Shown: positions 21,759-33,325 of the stretch, in pieces | Position numbering within the stretch: position 1 is the stretch's first letter | Layout of the letters: each line of letters starts with the position of its first letter | DNA from: Chlamydiales bacterium | Lineage (GTDB): Bacteria > Chlamydiota > Chlamydiia > Chlamydiales > JAAZZY01 | Length of the DNA stretch: 64,000 bases | Assembly: GCA_965206695.1 (NCBI GenBank) | Contig: CBDBKM010000005.1 | Location: forward strand, 64,001-128,000 | Reading direction: 5' to 3' | Made by a program: the position numbers and the translations under genes | The notes under the pieces: model-generated | What the model saw: the letters and a program-made list of their open reading frames with translations, nothing else | What the model was told of the DNA's origin: nothing | Database searches by the model: none

Positions 21759-22662
21759 AGACTTCTTTCGAAACTCATTGTGCCAACTCCAAATTGTAAA
21801 TGCCGGCAATTAGATTAAAACGAAGAGCAAACCTTTTACGCCTATTTCCGTAACGATCAGTTATAATCTTGAATCGCTTTAAACGGGCAATGACATGTTC
21901 ATTGAGAACTCGTTCTTTGGAAAGCTGTCGATTGCGTTTCTTATCATCTTTAGTCAATGGCTTCTTTTTACTTTTTTTCTTTGGCATTTGGGTCTTAGAG
22001 TGAATATCTTGTAGACCTTGATATCCGGTATCAGTCAATACATTTATTTCCGGACGGATTTGTATTTTTGACTCTTTGAATAATCTGAAATCATGTAGCT
22101 TGCCATTCGAGAATGCCGTACAGATTACTTATTGCGTCTTCTTGTTCACAACAATCTGAGTTTTTAGCGTATATTTTTTCTTTTTTCCTGAGTAAAAATA
22201 CTTCTGTTTCTTTTTGGCCTTTCAATACGCGTTTCTGTTGCATCGATTAAAATAACGTCATATTCAACATCGCTCTTTAGAAGAGCTTTGCGTCCGGGCA
22301 AAAAGAAATCAGGGTGCTTGATTAATGTATCCTCGACCCACCTTACAGTTTTATAGGCAGTACTCTCACTAACACCGTAACTTTGACTCACATGGAAATA
22401 AGTCCCGTATTCTCGGATATATTCCGGAGTCATAAGCAGCATATCCTTTATGCTTAGTTTGTTCTTCCTACCACCTTTAACTTTTTTGAGTTTGTTCGAT
22501 TCTTCTAAAATCAACTGCATCCTATCAAATGTAGCTTTCTTAATGCCCGTTAGCCGACGAAATTTTTCGTCGTCTAAACTTTTAACTGTTTCAAACTTCA
22601 TGTTATCCTCACTTATTTTAACAAGAACATTATTATCAAAAAATTAGTTTCGAAAGAAGTCT
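21759..22662 (-). mobile_element. IS5-family (ISL2-like) copy B, full length
   Basis: 17-bp IRs agacttctttcgaaact; FRRLTG, IDATE, TDTGYQG; two overlapping ORFs. Confidence 0.9.
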
Positions 22663-22990
22663 AATAATCAAATGGCCCGGGTTACGCTATTACAAAAAAT
22701 TGGTCCTTTATTGATTGATATGATAGCACAACATGCCAATCAGGATTTTACCCATGTCGATACTCATCGAGATATCCTTGATACATTTGCCAATCTCTCA
22801 GACCTTAAAAAACAAGTTCAAGATGAGTTTTTAAAAGAGAAGGTGTTATCCAAAGAATTATCTATCCTCATAGAAAAGAAAAAAGAAAGCCTTTTAAAAA
22901 AAGATATTCTAATCAAACAATTAAAAGAGCCGGAAAATGCCGGGTTAAAAAAGAATGAAGAAGAAACCCTATTTTCTGAATTTACCAAAT
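22663..22990 (+). pseudogene. recN: recN internal fragment
   Basis: NQMARVTLLQKIGPLLIDMIAQH...HRDILDTFA...QLKEPENAGLKKNEEETL..E; RecN region after the ATPase N-lobe, bounded by IS on both sides. Confidence 0.75.
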
Positions 22991-22992
22991 TA

Positions 22993-23928
22993 TAGTCATT
23001 TAATTTTACATTGATAAGATTGCTTGATCAATGGCGAATTTAAAATTCGTAACTTTTCGTAATATCTCTCTAACTTTATTTTTCATATTAGCCCAATATT
23101 TTTCTATAGGATTTAAGTCCGGAGAATATGGAGGAAGAAACATAAGCTTACAACCGGCAGAGTCTACTGTTTTCCTGCTTTCCGCTGACTTGTAAAAACC
23201 GGCATTGTCAAGAATAAGAACACTACCGGGTGTAAGCTGAGGAGTCAAAACTTCCTTAAGCCAAATATTGAATAACCCGGTATTACAAGTACCTTCAAAA
23301 CACATTGGAGATAAAAACTGCCCTTTAGATAGGGCTGAAATAATATTTTGCCTTATAAAGCGGTTTCCTGAAACCGCTCCAAAAACTTTTTTGCCGCGTA
23401 AGCTTCTTCCGGACTCACGAAATAAAAATTGATAAATCCCGGTTTCATCGAGATAAATTCTCTTGTCAAAGGGAATATTTTTTAAATCTTTCATAAAAGC
23501 TTCCCGTTTCTTTTCATCTCTTTCCTTATAGCGAGTAGTTTTTTTTTTTCGTGTAATTTTTAATCTTTTAAGGGCATAAAAAATCGTTTGCGGAGTGACT
23601 GAAAAATAATCAGCAATTTCCGATAAAAAATAATCCGGATGTTTTTCTACATATTTAGATAACAACTCATCATCTAATTTCTTATAAGCATATTTTCTGC
23701 GGATTGGCTTTAAATGTCCTTTTTGCTTTTTTTGCAAGATCCATCGATATATTGTTGCGATACCTACTTGAAAAATATGGCCGGCTGTTTTTTTATCATG
23801 ATGTTTTTCTATATGTTGTCATACTTTCTCTCGAAGATCTACTGAATAGGCTCTAGGCATTGTTTTGTCCTTACTGTTTGTATAAAAAAAGAAGGATAAC
23901 ATATTATCAAATAAAAATTAAAATACTA
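22993..23928 (-). mobile_element. IS630-family element, copy 2 (near-identical to copy 1)
   Basis: Same ends and sequence; A11 instead of A10 at the slippery site; TTA>TGA stop at about 23820. Confidence 0.92.
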
Positions 23929-23930
23929 TA

Positions 23931-24031
23931 AGTTAAATGAACATACCGTTAGAATCTATATACAGAATCAAAAAAACAAATAGACACTTTCATCCCGGTG
24001 CTAAAGCAAGGGGTTTTCTCGCTTTATTGTC
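23931..24031 (-). mobile_element. IS605 left end with tnpA 3' stub
   Basis: LNEHTVRIYIQNQKNK* followed by the LE hairpin and the TTTAT target (ataaa 24032-24036). Confidence 0.85.
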
Positions 24032-24324
24032 ATAAAGAAGATTGCTCTGCATTTGAATGTATTGATTTTTGCATCTTCTTTATAATTAACCATTTTTTTA
24101 TTTTAATTGTATTATAGAAAAAATTTAATTAAAATCGGAATAAAAAACCTGTCACTAATAATCTATTAACATTAAAAAATTGAAATAATAACTATTATAT
24201 TGTTAAGAGATTCAACACATTAGTTTATCTGCTTAATATTATCATTCTTTTTAAATGTATTGGGTAAGGTATAGGTTGCAATTTTCCAATAATACCCTTA
24301 ATAATAAAATTGGAGGCAGGTAAA

Positions 24325-26736
24325 ATGGAAAATAACGATCCCCCGGGACATCCGGGTATTACACCTAGATGGACATCTAGTCGTAAAAGTGGGATTGGTA
24401 AGACTATATCTTATAAAAACTCGATATGGTTTACCATTTCGCATGGTATTTTAAATGAAGTCTATTATCCGACAGTCGATAATCCTAATATCAGAGATTT
24501 GGGTTTTTTGGTAACAAATGGAACTGATTTCTTTTCAGAAGAGAAAAGGGATACCGATCATGAAACCACTTATATTAAAACGGGTATACCTGCCTATAAT
24601 TGTATCAATACCTGTAAGCAAGGGCGCTATCGAATACATAAAACCATTTTCCTAAATCCTCATAATAATTCTTTAGTACAGGAAGTATTTTTCGAAACTC
24701 TTAAAGGAACGCTAAAAGATTATAAGCTTTATGCCCTACTGGCTCCTCATGTTCAAGGTCAAGGGAGTGGTAATGATGCTTGGATTACCGATTTCAAGGG
24801 ACTGCCTATATTCTATGCTTCTAAATTTCATTCTTTTTTAGCTATGGCTTGTGAACCTTACTTTATTGCGGGAAGTTGCGGGTATGTTGGCACCAGTGAT
24901 GGTTATTTAGATATCCAAGCTAATAAAAAACTCACTAACTTTTATTCCGAAGCACGAGATGGCAATGTTGCGATAACAAGTGAAGTAGACCTTCCGGCAA
25001 ATGAAGGTAGATTCACTATCGCTCTTTCCTTTGGATCTACTTATTCTGATGCAGGAAGACAAGCTAAAGGAACCTTAATTTGTAAAAACTATGATCTTCT
25101 TAAGCTCTATATGACCGAATGGGATAGAACTCTTGAAAAATATAGAACCTTAGGTATTACAGATCCGGAAGTCGAACGACTGTATCGCACTTCTTTAATG
25201 GTTTTAAATGTTCACCGCGGCAAAAATGCTGATGGATGTGTCATTGCCGGCTTATCTATTCCTTGGGGATCAAACAAAGGAGATAATGATCTGGGCGGCT
25301 ACCATTTAATATGGCCAAGAGATTTAGTCGAAATAGCCGGTGGCTTTGTAGCTGTTGGTGATTTAGAAAATGCTCGCAAAATTTTATATTATTTATCCGG
25401 CATACAAGAAGCAGATGGTCATTTTGCACAATGTCTTTGGCATGATGGATACCCATACTGGACCAATATCCAAATGGACGAAACAGCCCTGCCTATTCTT
25501 TTAGCAAATTGCCTTAAACATGCCGGTGCTCTGGATTGGATTGATGCTTGGCCATTAGTATCAAAAGCTGCTGCTTATCTTGCCTGCAATGGTCCGGTAA
25601 CACCACAAGACCGATGGGAAGAAGATGGAGGATATACTCCGTTTACGCTTGCAGCGGAGATTGCTGCCCTTTTAGCCGCTGCTGATTTTTTTGAAGATAA
25701 AGAGTTACACGATACGGCTACTTATTTAAAAGAGTTAGCCGATAATTGGAATAGTAATATTGAAAAATGGACTTATAGAACCAATACGGAATTAACTAAA
25801 CAAGCCGGAGTGGAAGGCTACTATGTCCGTATCACTCCGGACAAGAATCATTCGGTTGAATCCGCAGAAGATGAGATTATTGAAGTAAAAAATCGCCCTC
25901 CTGATCATCGATTTAACCCGGCTTCTGATATTATTAGCACAGATGCTCTTGCCTTGGTTCGTTTTGGGTTAAGAAGAGCCGATGATCCTCACATGATCAA
26001 TACCGTTAAAGTTATCGATACAGTACTAAAAACAGAAACCAAAAAAGGGGTTTCATGGCGTCGCTATAATGAAGATGGCTATGGTGAACATGAAGATGGA
26101 AGCCCTTTCGATGGAACAGGAATAGGTCGCAGTTGGCCTCTATTAGTTGGCGAACGGGCTCATTATGAACTAGCCAAAGGAAACCCGGAGGAAACCAAAC
26201 GTCTATTAGCAGTGATGACAAAACAGGCAGGTATGAACTCTTTAATTTCGGAACAAATTTGGGATACTGACGATATTGAAGAAAAATCATTAATAAATGG
26301 AGAACCTACTTTAGGGGCACAACCTCTTGTTTGGGCTCATGCCGAATATATCAAACTATTACGCTCCATTCAGCAAGGAAGTATTTTCGATACGCCAACT
26401 CAAACCACTCAACGTTATCTAATCGAAAAGACAGGGTCGGATATCGCAATTTGGCGTTTTAATCATAAATGTCATTGTATAGCAGAAGGCAAGAAGTTAC
26501 GCGTCGAGACGACTAATCCGGCCAAAGTTAAATGGTCTATTGATGGTGGTAAAACGGAAAATGAACTCGATACAAAAGACACCCTTTTAGGGATTTACTA
26601 CGTTGATTTGCCAACAGAAAACCTTAACAAGTCTCAAACATGTCAATTCACTTTTTATTGGATTGAAAGTAATAAATGGGACAAAGAAATATTTACTGTA
26701 ACTATTCACTCCAAGGAGGATACAACATGCAATTAG
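24325..26736 (+). CDS. GH15 glucoamylase / glucodextranase-like glucosidase
   Basis: GILNEVYYP N-domain, LSIPWG, GGYHLIWPRD, QMDET, QDRWEE, RRYNEDGYGE, LVWAHAEY. Confidence 0.92.
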   Translation: MENNDPPGHPGITPRWTSSRKSGIGKTISYKNSIWFTISHGILNEVYYPTVDNPNIRDLGFLVTNGTDFFSEEKRDTDHETTYIKTGIPAYNCINTCKQGRYRIHKTIFLNPHNNSLVQEVFFETLKGTLKDYKLYALLAPHVQGQGSGNDAWITDFKGLPIFYASKFHSFLAMACEPYFIAGSCGYVGTSDGYLDIQANKKLTNFYSEARDGNVAITSEVDLPANEGRFTIALSFGSTYSDAGRQAKGTLICKNYDLLKLYMTEWDRTLEKYRTLGITDPEVERLYRTSLMVLNVHRGKNADGCVIAGLSIPWGSNKGDNDLGGYHLIWPRDLVEIAGGFVAVGDLENARKILYYLSGIQEADGHFAQCLWHDGYPYWTNIQMDETALPILLANCLKHAGALDWIDAWPLVSKAAAYLACNGPVTPQDRWEEDGGYTPFTLAAEIAALLAAADFFEDKELHDTATYLKELADNWNSNIEKWTYRTNTELTKQAGVEGYYVRITPDKNHSVESAEDEIIEVKNRPPDHRFNPASDIISTDALALVRFGLRRADDPHMINTVKVIDTVLKTETKKGVSWRRYNEDGYGEHEDGSPFDGTGIGRSWPLLVGERAHYELAKGNPEETKRLLAVMTKQAGMNSLISEQIWDTDDIEEKSLINGEPTLGAQPLVWAHAEYIKLLRSIQQGSIFDTPTQTTQRYLIEKTGSDIAIWRFNHKCHCIAEGKKLRVETTNPAKVKWSIDGGKTENELDTKDTLLGIYYVDLPTENLNKSQTCQFTFYWIESNKWDKEIFTVTIHSKEDTTCN

Positions 26737-27744
26737 GGATGATCGGCTTAGGCCGTATGGGCGCAAATATTGTAAGACGTCTAATAAAAAAACGGCCACA
26801 CTTGTGTTGTCTTTGATACCAATGAAAAAATGAGAGAAGACTTAGCTAAAGAAGGCGCTATACCGGCGACTTCTATAAAAGATTTTGTCGGTAAATTAGA
26901 AAAGCCCAGAGCCGCTTGGATGATGATACCCGCAGCTCTTACAGAAGAGTTAGTAAAAGAGATTTCTCAATATTTAGAAGAAGGTGATATTCTCATTGAT
27001 GGGGGTAATTCATATTTTAGAGATGATCGACGTCGATCAGAATCATTAAAACCAAAAGGCATTCACTACATAGACTGTGGAACAAGTGGTGGAGTTTGGG
27101 GATTAGAACGCGGCTATTGCTTAATGATCGGCGGTAATAAAGAAGCAGTTGAACATTTAGATTCTATATTCAAAACCATTGCTCCCGGAAAAGGAGATGT
27201 GGCACTGACACCCGGACGAAAACAGCTCGGCGATACAGCAGAAGATGGCTATTTGCGCTGTGGGGAGTCCGGAGCGGGTCATTTTGTAAAAATGGTTCAT
27301 AATGGTGTGGAATACGGGATCATGGAAGCTTTTGCTGAAGGATTTGATATTTTAAGTAATGGTGATTGTGATATTCAGAAAAAGGAAGAGGATGCAGAAA
27401 CAGCTCCTAGTCTTAATAAAGACTTAGATTACACCATTAATGTTGCAGATGTAGCTGAAGTATGGAGACGAGGTAGTGTAGTAGGAGCCTGGCTATTGGA
27501 TTTAGCTGCGGAAGCTTTAGCTGAAAATCCGGATTTATCAAATTATACAGGTCGAGTCTCGGATTCAGGAGAAGGTAGGTGGACAATCATGGCAGCGATA
27601 GAAGAGGCTGTCTCAGCCGAAGTACTAACAGCTGCGTTATATGCCAGATTCCGTTCACGAAAAGAACATACTTTTGCAGAAAAAATATGCTCTGCTATGC
27701 GATTCAAGTTTGGTGGGCATATTGAACGTGCGTCCGGTGGTTGA
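26727..27744 (+). CDS. gnd: 6-phosphogluconate dehydrogenase, short type (frameshift near 26790)
   Basis: [48 protein letters not shown]. Confidence 0.92.
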
Positions 27745-27773
27745 TTAATTTATACTTATCTAAGGTGATACTC

Positions 27774-29309
27774 ATGGCGAAAAAGGAAGAGAAAAAGAAA
27801 AAAATAATGGAAAACCCTGTGCATCGTCCTGAAGGACCATGTATAATTGTTATATTCGGAGCATCAGGCGATCTAACCAAACGTCTTTTAATGCCGGCTA
27901 TTTATAATTTATTTACTCATGAAGCACTTCCTGAACAGTATTTTATAATAGGCACCTCAATGGACAAAATGGATACCTCCTCGTTTAGAAAGAAAATCGG
28001 GGATAATTTAAATGAATACGGCACTCAAGAATTTGATAGTCATGCTTACTCAGAATTTTCTAAAAACCTTTTTTACTATACTTCCAAATTTGATGAAAAA
28101 AGTTGTTACGATAATCTGAAAAAAAAGATCGACGAAATAGACAAACAAAATAACTGCAAATCGAAACTTCTTTTCTATTTAGCCATATCCCCTGCCATTT
28201 TTGAATTGGTATCGGATAATTTAAGTGATAATGGTTTTAGTAAAATGGAAGACCGAAACCCAAAATTAATTCTGGAGAAACCCTTTGGAAGAAATTTAGA
28301 TAGTGCCCTAAAATTAAATGCTGCTCTTCATAATAATTGGGAAGAAAAACAAATTTGGCGCATTGATCATTATTTGGGAAAAGAGACCGTTCAAAATATT
28401 TTAGCTTTTCGATTTGGTAATGGGATCTTTGAGCCTCTCTGGAATCGCAATTACATCGATCATGTTCAAATTACTGTTGCTGAAACAGTAGGAGTTGAAA
28501 AAAGAGGTAGCTATTATGACCATGCCGGTGCTTTGAGAGATATGATACAAAATCACTTATTACAAGTGGTCAGTTATATTGCTATGGAACCTCCTAATGC
28601 TTTTAATGCCGAGACCATTCGCAATGCTAAAATAGAAGTACTAAATGCAATAAAGATAATGACACCTGAAGAGGTCTTCCAAAATACGGTCCGTGGACAA
28701 TATGGACCGGGAAAAATAGGGAAAGAAAACAAGGTTGCTTATCGAGATGCAGATGATGTCGACAAGCAATCAATAACTGAAACATTTGTAGCTGCTAAAC
28801 TTAATATCGATAATTGGCGTTGGTCGGGCGTGCCTTTCTTTTTACGCACAGGCAAACACCTTTCTAAACGGTACGCTGAAGTGGTTATCAATTTTAAAAA
28901 AGCGCCTAAACAACTATTTGCAACATCTAAGTCAAAAGAAATCTATACAAATGAATTACGTTTTTTACTGCAACCCAAACAAGCTATTGAATTAGTACTA
29001 AAAGCAAAAGTCCCCGGTGAAAAGATGACTCTACAACCTGTTAAAATGCATTTTGACTATAAAGAAGCCTTTCACACTGAAAGAGGGACGGGGTACGAAG
29101 TCTTGCTCTATGATTGCCTTGTCGATGACCCAACACTTTTTTCTCGAAGCGATTTAGTCGAACAAGCCTGGAAAATTGCACAGCCTATGCTTGATATCTG
29201 GTCATCATTACCTCCGGGCGATTTTCCGAATTATGCATCCGGTTCGTGGGGCCCGGATGCAGCTAATGACTTGATTCAAAGAGAGGGAAGGGAGTGGAGA
29301 CATCTATGA
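27774..29309 (+). CDS. zwf: Glucose-6-phosphate 1-dehydrogenase
   Basis: GASGDL, EKPFG, RIDHYLGKE, DMIQNH. Confidence 0.97.
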   Translation: MAKKEEKKKKIMENPVHRPEGPCIIVIFGASGDLTKRLLMPAIYNLFTHEALPEQYFIIGTSMDKMDTSSFRKKIGDNLNEYGTQEFDSHAYSEFSKNLFYYTSKFDEKSCYDNLKKKIDEIDKQNNCKSKLLFYLAISPAIFELVSDNLSDNGFSKMEDRNPKLILEKPFGRNLDSALKLNAALHNNWEEKQIWRIDHYLGKETVQNILAFRFGNGIFEPLWNRNYIDHVQITVAETVGVEKRGSYYDHAGALRDMIQNHLLQVVSYIAMEPPNAFNAETIRNAKIEVLNAIKIMTPEEVFQNTVRGQYGPGKIGKENKVAYRDADDVDKQSITETFVAAKLNIDNWRWSGVPFFLRTGKHLSKRYAEVVINFKKAPKQLFATSKSKEIYTNELRFLLQPKQAIELVLKAKVPGEKMTLQPVKMHFDYKEAFHTERGTGYEVLLYDCLVDDPTLFSRSDLVEQAWKIAQPMLDIWSSLPPGDFPNYASGSWGPDAANDLIQREGREWRHL

Positions 29310-30292
29310 TATTGGCAGGAGATATCGGAGGGACTAAAACTAACTTAGCTATTTTTGATGTTAAAGATTCTAAATTGGTTTTAAAAGAAGAAAAAAAATA
29401 CCCCGGCTCTGATTATGAAAGCCTCGATAAAATCGTTAATCTTTTTCTAAGTGAACATCCTACTAAAATCTTAAGTGCCTCTTTTGGCATTGCAGGCCCG
29501 GTAAAAGAAGGAAAAGCTAAAACAACTAACCTGCCTTGGGTTATTGATGCCAAAACTCTTGCAAACGAAATAAAATGTGAGCATGTATCCTTACTCAATG
29601 ATCTGGAAGCAAATGCTTATGGCATTGCAGTGCTGGAAACCAAAGACTTTTTTAATTTAAACAAGGGAGACACCTCTATAAAAGGCAATGCCGCATTAAT
29701 TTCTGCAGGTACAGGCCTAGGAGAAGCCGGATTATATTGGGATGGTAAAAACCATCTTCCATTTGCCTGTGAAGGCGGTCATGTAGATTTCGCAGCACGA
29801 AACGAACTGGAAATGCGTTTATTTCAATTCCTTAATAAAGAAGAAGAGCATGTTTCATATGAAAAGGTACTCTCCGGCATTGGAATACATAACATCTATC
29901 GATTTCTACTTCATGATCATCAAAGCCGTCCCGGTAATCAGTTGCAGAAAGATCTGAAAGAAAAAGACCCTGCTTATGTTATCTCAGAATATGCTCTAAA
30001 CAATAAAGATTTAATCTGTGTCGAAGCACTTGAGCTTTTCATGATGCTATATGGATCTGAAGCGGGTAATGTTGCGTTAAAATTTCTGGCAGTCGGCGGG
30101 CTTTATATTGGAGGCGGTATCGCACCCAAAATTTTAGAGAAATTAAAAACCTCACAGTTCATGACGTGTTTTTGTAAAAAAGGCCGTATGGATACCCTCT
30201 TAAAGCCTATTCCGGTAAATGTCATTTTAAATGACAACGCAGCCCTTTTAGGAGCTGCTCGATTTGCAGCTCTACAGGTTGATTTAATATAG
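29306..30292 (+). CDS. glk: Glucokinase
   Basis: GDIGGTKT, TNLPW, LNDLEA, GTGLG, EGGH, GGIAPK. Confidence 0.95.
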   Translation: MILAGDIGGTKTNLAIFDVKDSKLVLKEEKKYPGSDYESLDKIVNLFLSEHPTKILSASFGIAGPVKEGKAKTTNLPWVIDAKTLANEIKCEHVSLLNDLEANAYGIAVLETKDFFNLNKGDTSIKGNAALISAGTGLGEAGLYWDGKNHLPFACEGGHVDFAARNELEMRLFQFLNKEEEHVSYEKVLSGIGIHNIYRFLLHDHQSRPGNQLQKDLKEKDPAYVISEYALNNKDLICVEALELFMMLYGSEAGNVALKFLAVGGLYIGGGIAPKILEKLKTSQFMTCFCKKGRMDTLLKPIPVNVILNDNAALLGAARFAALQVDLI

Positions 30293-30317
30293 GCAGTCCC
30301 ACAAAACAATCTCTTTC

Positions 30318-30704
30318 TTATCTTAAAAATCTCTGCCGGTTTGTTACAATCGCTTTCATCGCTACCTGTGTTGTCTCAACAATTGCTTTATCCATATCAT
30401 GTGTGATTTCTATCATACCCCACCCTGAGATAACTCCCACAGCTAATCCGGATAGAAAAAAAATACTGTTTTCTGCATAAATACCTATACTAACAATGCT
30501 TACAGCTGTAAAGACACCAAATAATGAAACCGAAAGAGTAAATTTGGCTATACCTTCTATAACATCTTGAGCAGATTGAATCCTCCTATCAGTGAATTCA
30601 ATAATTGGATTAGTTGTTAATGCTTTCGATTCAATAGATTTTCCATCCAATATATCCCTCTTAAAAACATACGGTGACTCTGAAACGATGGTCATATTAC
30701 TCAT
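30318..30704 (-). CDS. Hypothetical protein with bilobed hydrophobic domain (Inc-like)
   Basis: Two adjacent hydrophobic segments separated by a short loop; AGGAGG RBS. Confidence 0.6.
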   Translation of the reverse strand: MSNMTIVSESPYVFKRDILDGKSIESKALTTNPIIEFTDRRIQSAQDVIEGIAKFTLSVSLFGVFTAVSIVSIGIYAENSIFFLSGLAVGVISGWGMIEITHDMDKAIVETTQVAMKAIVTNRQRFLR

Positions 30705-30747
30705 AAATTAACCTCCTAAATACGGGATAGCTTACTAAATATCGACT

Positions 30748-30902
30748 TTGACAACTCATAACCCTCGGGGGAAGGGATTGCTCATTCCACGATCACTGCC
30801 CTACGGTAGATCTAAAAGATAGGGATAGTATACAAAATATGAGGATTAACAAAAATACGAAATAAAACTGTAATCGAAACGCTCTCATCCCAATACTAAA
30901 GC
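30748..30902 (-). mobile_element. Miniature IS605 derivative (partial LE, about 70 bp spacer, internally deleted right end)
   Basis: Minus strand reads ...gggatgagagcg-spacer-accgtagggcagt...gaatgagcaatcccttccc...gttgtcaa. Confidence 0.7.
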
Positions 30903-30928
30903 GTCTATTTGTTTTTTTGATTTTGGAT

Positions 30929-31156
30929 ATACTCATTCACATTCGAAGCCGGACAGGATTGAGTTCCGGCACTTGAAATGTATCATTCATTCGTGTCTTA
31001 AGCTTGTCTCTTAAAATCGGGATTTTGTCTTTAAAAAACCCCTTACCTCTCATTTAAAATCAGTAAATGTCATAAGTAACCGTTTCCCTTATCACCTTCC
31101 AAAGACTTTCTATGGTATTTAAATTTGGAGAATTATGGGGTTAAAGAGACAAGCTC
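30929..31156 (-). pseudogene. IS630-family 3' remnant
   Basis: Homologous to 35334-35580; encodes a degenerate SPNLN.IE.LW region. Confidence 0.7.
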
Positions 31157-31158
31157 TA

Positions 31159-32252
31159 TACCCCTTATGAATCAAAGTGCCGATTCTAAGACTTGAAAAT
31201 GATCATTGATTCGTTTCCTCATTGATTGAGCAATAGAGGGCCAAGTATTTTCAAAAAATCCGGTAATCGATCTCCGAAATTCTTTAGCAGAATTAAAAAA
31301 CCGATTATTGCGACAATATTCATTCATCACTTTCCATAATCGTTCAATGGGATTGAGGTTAGGACTGTAAGAAGGTAAATAATAGAGAATAATACCTTGT
31401 TTTTCTGCTTCTTGTTTGGTCTGAATACTTGTATTATAAGGGCCTTGATCTAAAATAAGATGGATATTTGGAGCTGAGGGGTATTTTGACCGTAGCAAAG
31501 CAAAATGCTTTGCCATGGTACCGCTATTTAATGTTTCATAAGCATCTATTGTTACCTTCATACTGTTTAAATTGATAGACCCCATAAGATTCATTCGAGT
31601 ACGAGAAGCTGTTGTTGCAATCAATTTATCTGTTCCCGGTCGAATCCAACCATAAGAAATTTTAGTTGCCATAGTTGGATGTACACCATCAGCAAATTCA
31701 ACAGGCTCATTTTTAGGCAAAGATGCCATAAGCTTGGCGTAAAATTGCATCCAAGCTTTTTGTTGATCAGAATTTGCCTTAGCCGGTGTACCTTTAGGCT
31801 TTTTATAGGAAAAACCATGTGAGTGTAGCCAAGAAGTCATCCCTGAAATCGTATAAACAATGCCATATTTCGCGAGAACATAAGAACAGATATCTTCTAC
31901 TTTGACATAGGTATGAGTTGTTAAATGTTTAATGAATTCTTCTGACTGTGGCGCAAGAAGTTTACTGACTGAACCACCGCTTTCTATATGCAATTGCTGT
32001 TTATTTTGATATTCTTTAATGTGACGAGACACTGTTTCATCGTCTAAAAGCACAGCTTCAGCAATACGAGTATTACTCCAACCTTTATTCGACAATAGAA
32101 CAGCCTTGATACGATCTCGTATACGACCATTCTTTTCTCGTTTATGTTGCTGTCTGAGATGCTTTTCTTCTGATAGTGTTAAAAATGAATTCATACAAAA
32201 CAATTTACACTATACGAATACAAAATATCCGGAGGTTTATTCGTGATGAGTA
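31159..32252 (-). mobile_element. IS630-family element with intact single-ORF transposase (31172..32203)
   Basis: TA-flanked imperfect IRs; FADGVHP, LILDQ, LPSYSPNLNPIERLW. Confidence 0.92.
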
Positions 32253-33325
32253 TATACTTAGTACACCAAATAATTAAGATGATTAAGATTAAAAATAGCT
32301 GTCTTTGCAGTTTGCCGTCTTTCCATGTGGACAATGTATATAGTAATACAACATATGACTATGAAAAAAGCTTATAAATTTAGATGCTGCCCAATAAAAA
32401 AATAAAAAGAGCTTTTAGCTAAAAGCTTTGGTTGTTGTAGGGTAGTGTATAATCAAGCTTTAAATTTTAAGATTAAGAAATATCAAGAAGAAAAAGAGAG
32501 CACATTAAATATTGCAAAACCTAAATAACCATTAAAAATACGTTGGTCGAGGAGATTGATTGGAATTCCTTCAGGAGTAGCGGTTACTAAAGATACATGC
32601 GAAAAATATTTTATCAGTATCCCGGTGGAAGAGCAACCTATTCAACTTAAGCAATATAATTATGCTATTGGAATCGATATGGGCTCGGAAAGTTTTGTAA
32701 CAACATCCAACGGTAAAAAGTTAATTTCTCCTAAGCCATTTAAGTATTTTAAAAAGAAATTAAAAAAAAAATCAAAAATGTTTAAGTAAATTTAAATCTA
32801 CCGGCAAACACAGAAACAAAAGCAGAATCAAAGTCGCCAAGATTCATTTTAAAAATATAAGACATGACTTTTATCATAAACTTTCTACACAATTGATTTA
32901 TGAAAACCAAGCCATCATAATTGAAGGTTTAAATATCAGAAGTATGTTAAAAAATAAAAGATATGCGGAAGGTCTATCAGATGCAGAATAGCGTCAATTG
33001 TTAATATTTTTAAAGTATACATGTGATTGGTACGGAAAAAACATAGTCGAACTACCTCAGAATTTTCCCGGTATACAACGATGTTCCATATGCCGACACA
33101 ATGTAGAAAAATTAGAGTGCAATATAAGATCTTGAAAATCCCAAATGCAATACTGAGCATGACAGAGATTGTAACGCAGCCTATAATATCTACCGAGGGC
33201 AGTCGGTAATTTAAGCCTTTGGGGATCGTGTTAGACTAGCACTTGTTAGCAATGATCGTTGAATGAGGAATTCCCTCCCTTTAGGGTTGGGAGCTGTCAA
33301 TTGTTCTTCTAAAGGGGGGATACTT

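Larger units (their letters stand above)
30903..33300 (+). mobile_element. Degraded IS605 element (tnpA interrupted by IS630s; tnpB pseudogene 32355..~33200)
   Basis: tnpA 3' stub at 30903-30930 and 5' stub at 32255-32335; tnpB fragments AYKFR, GIDMG; right end ...gagctgtcaa at 33300. Confidence 0.85.

Noticed and set aside
33263..33325. N-terminal extension MRNSLPLGLGAV of the sulfatase ORF
   Set aside because: Derived from the IS605 right end; the RBS supports TTG 33326.
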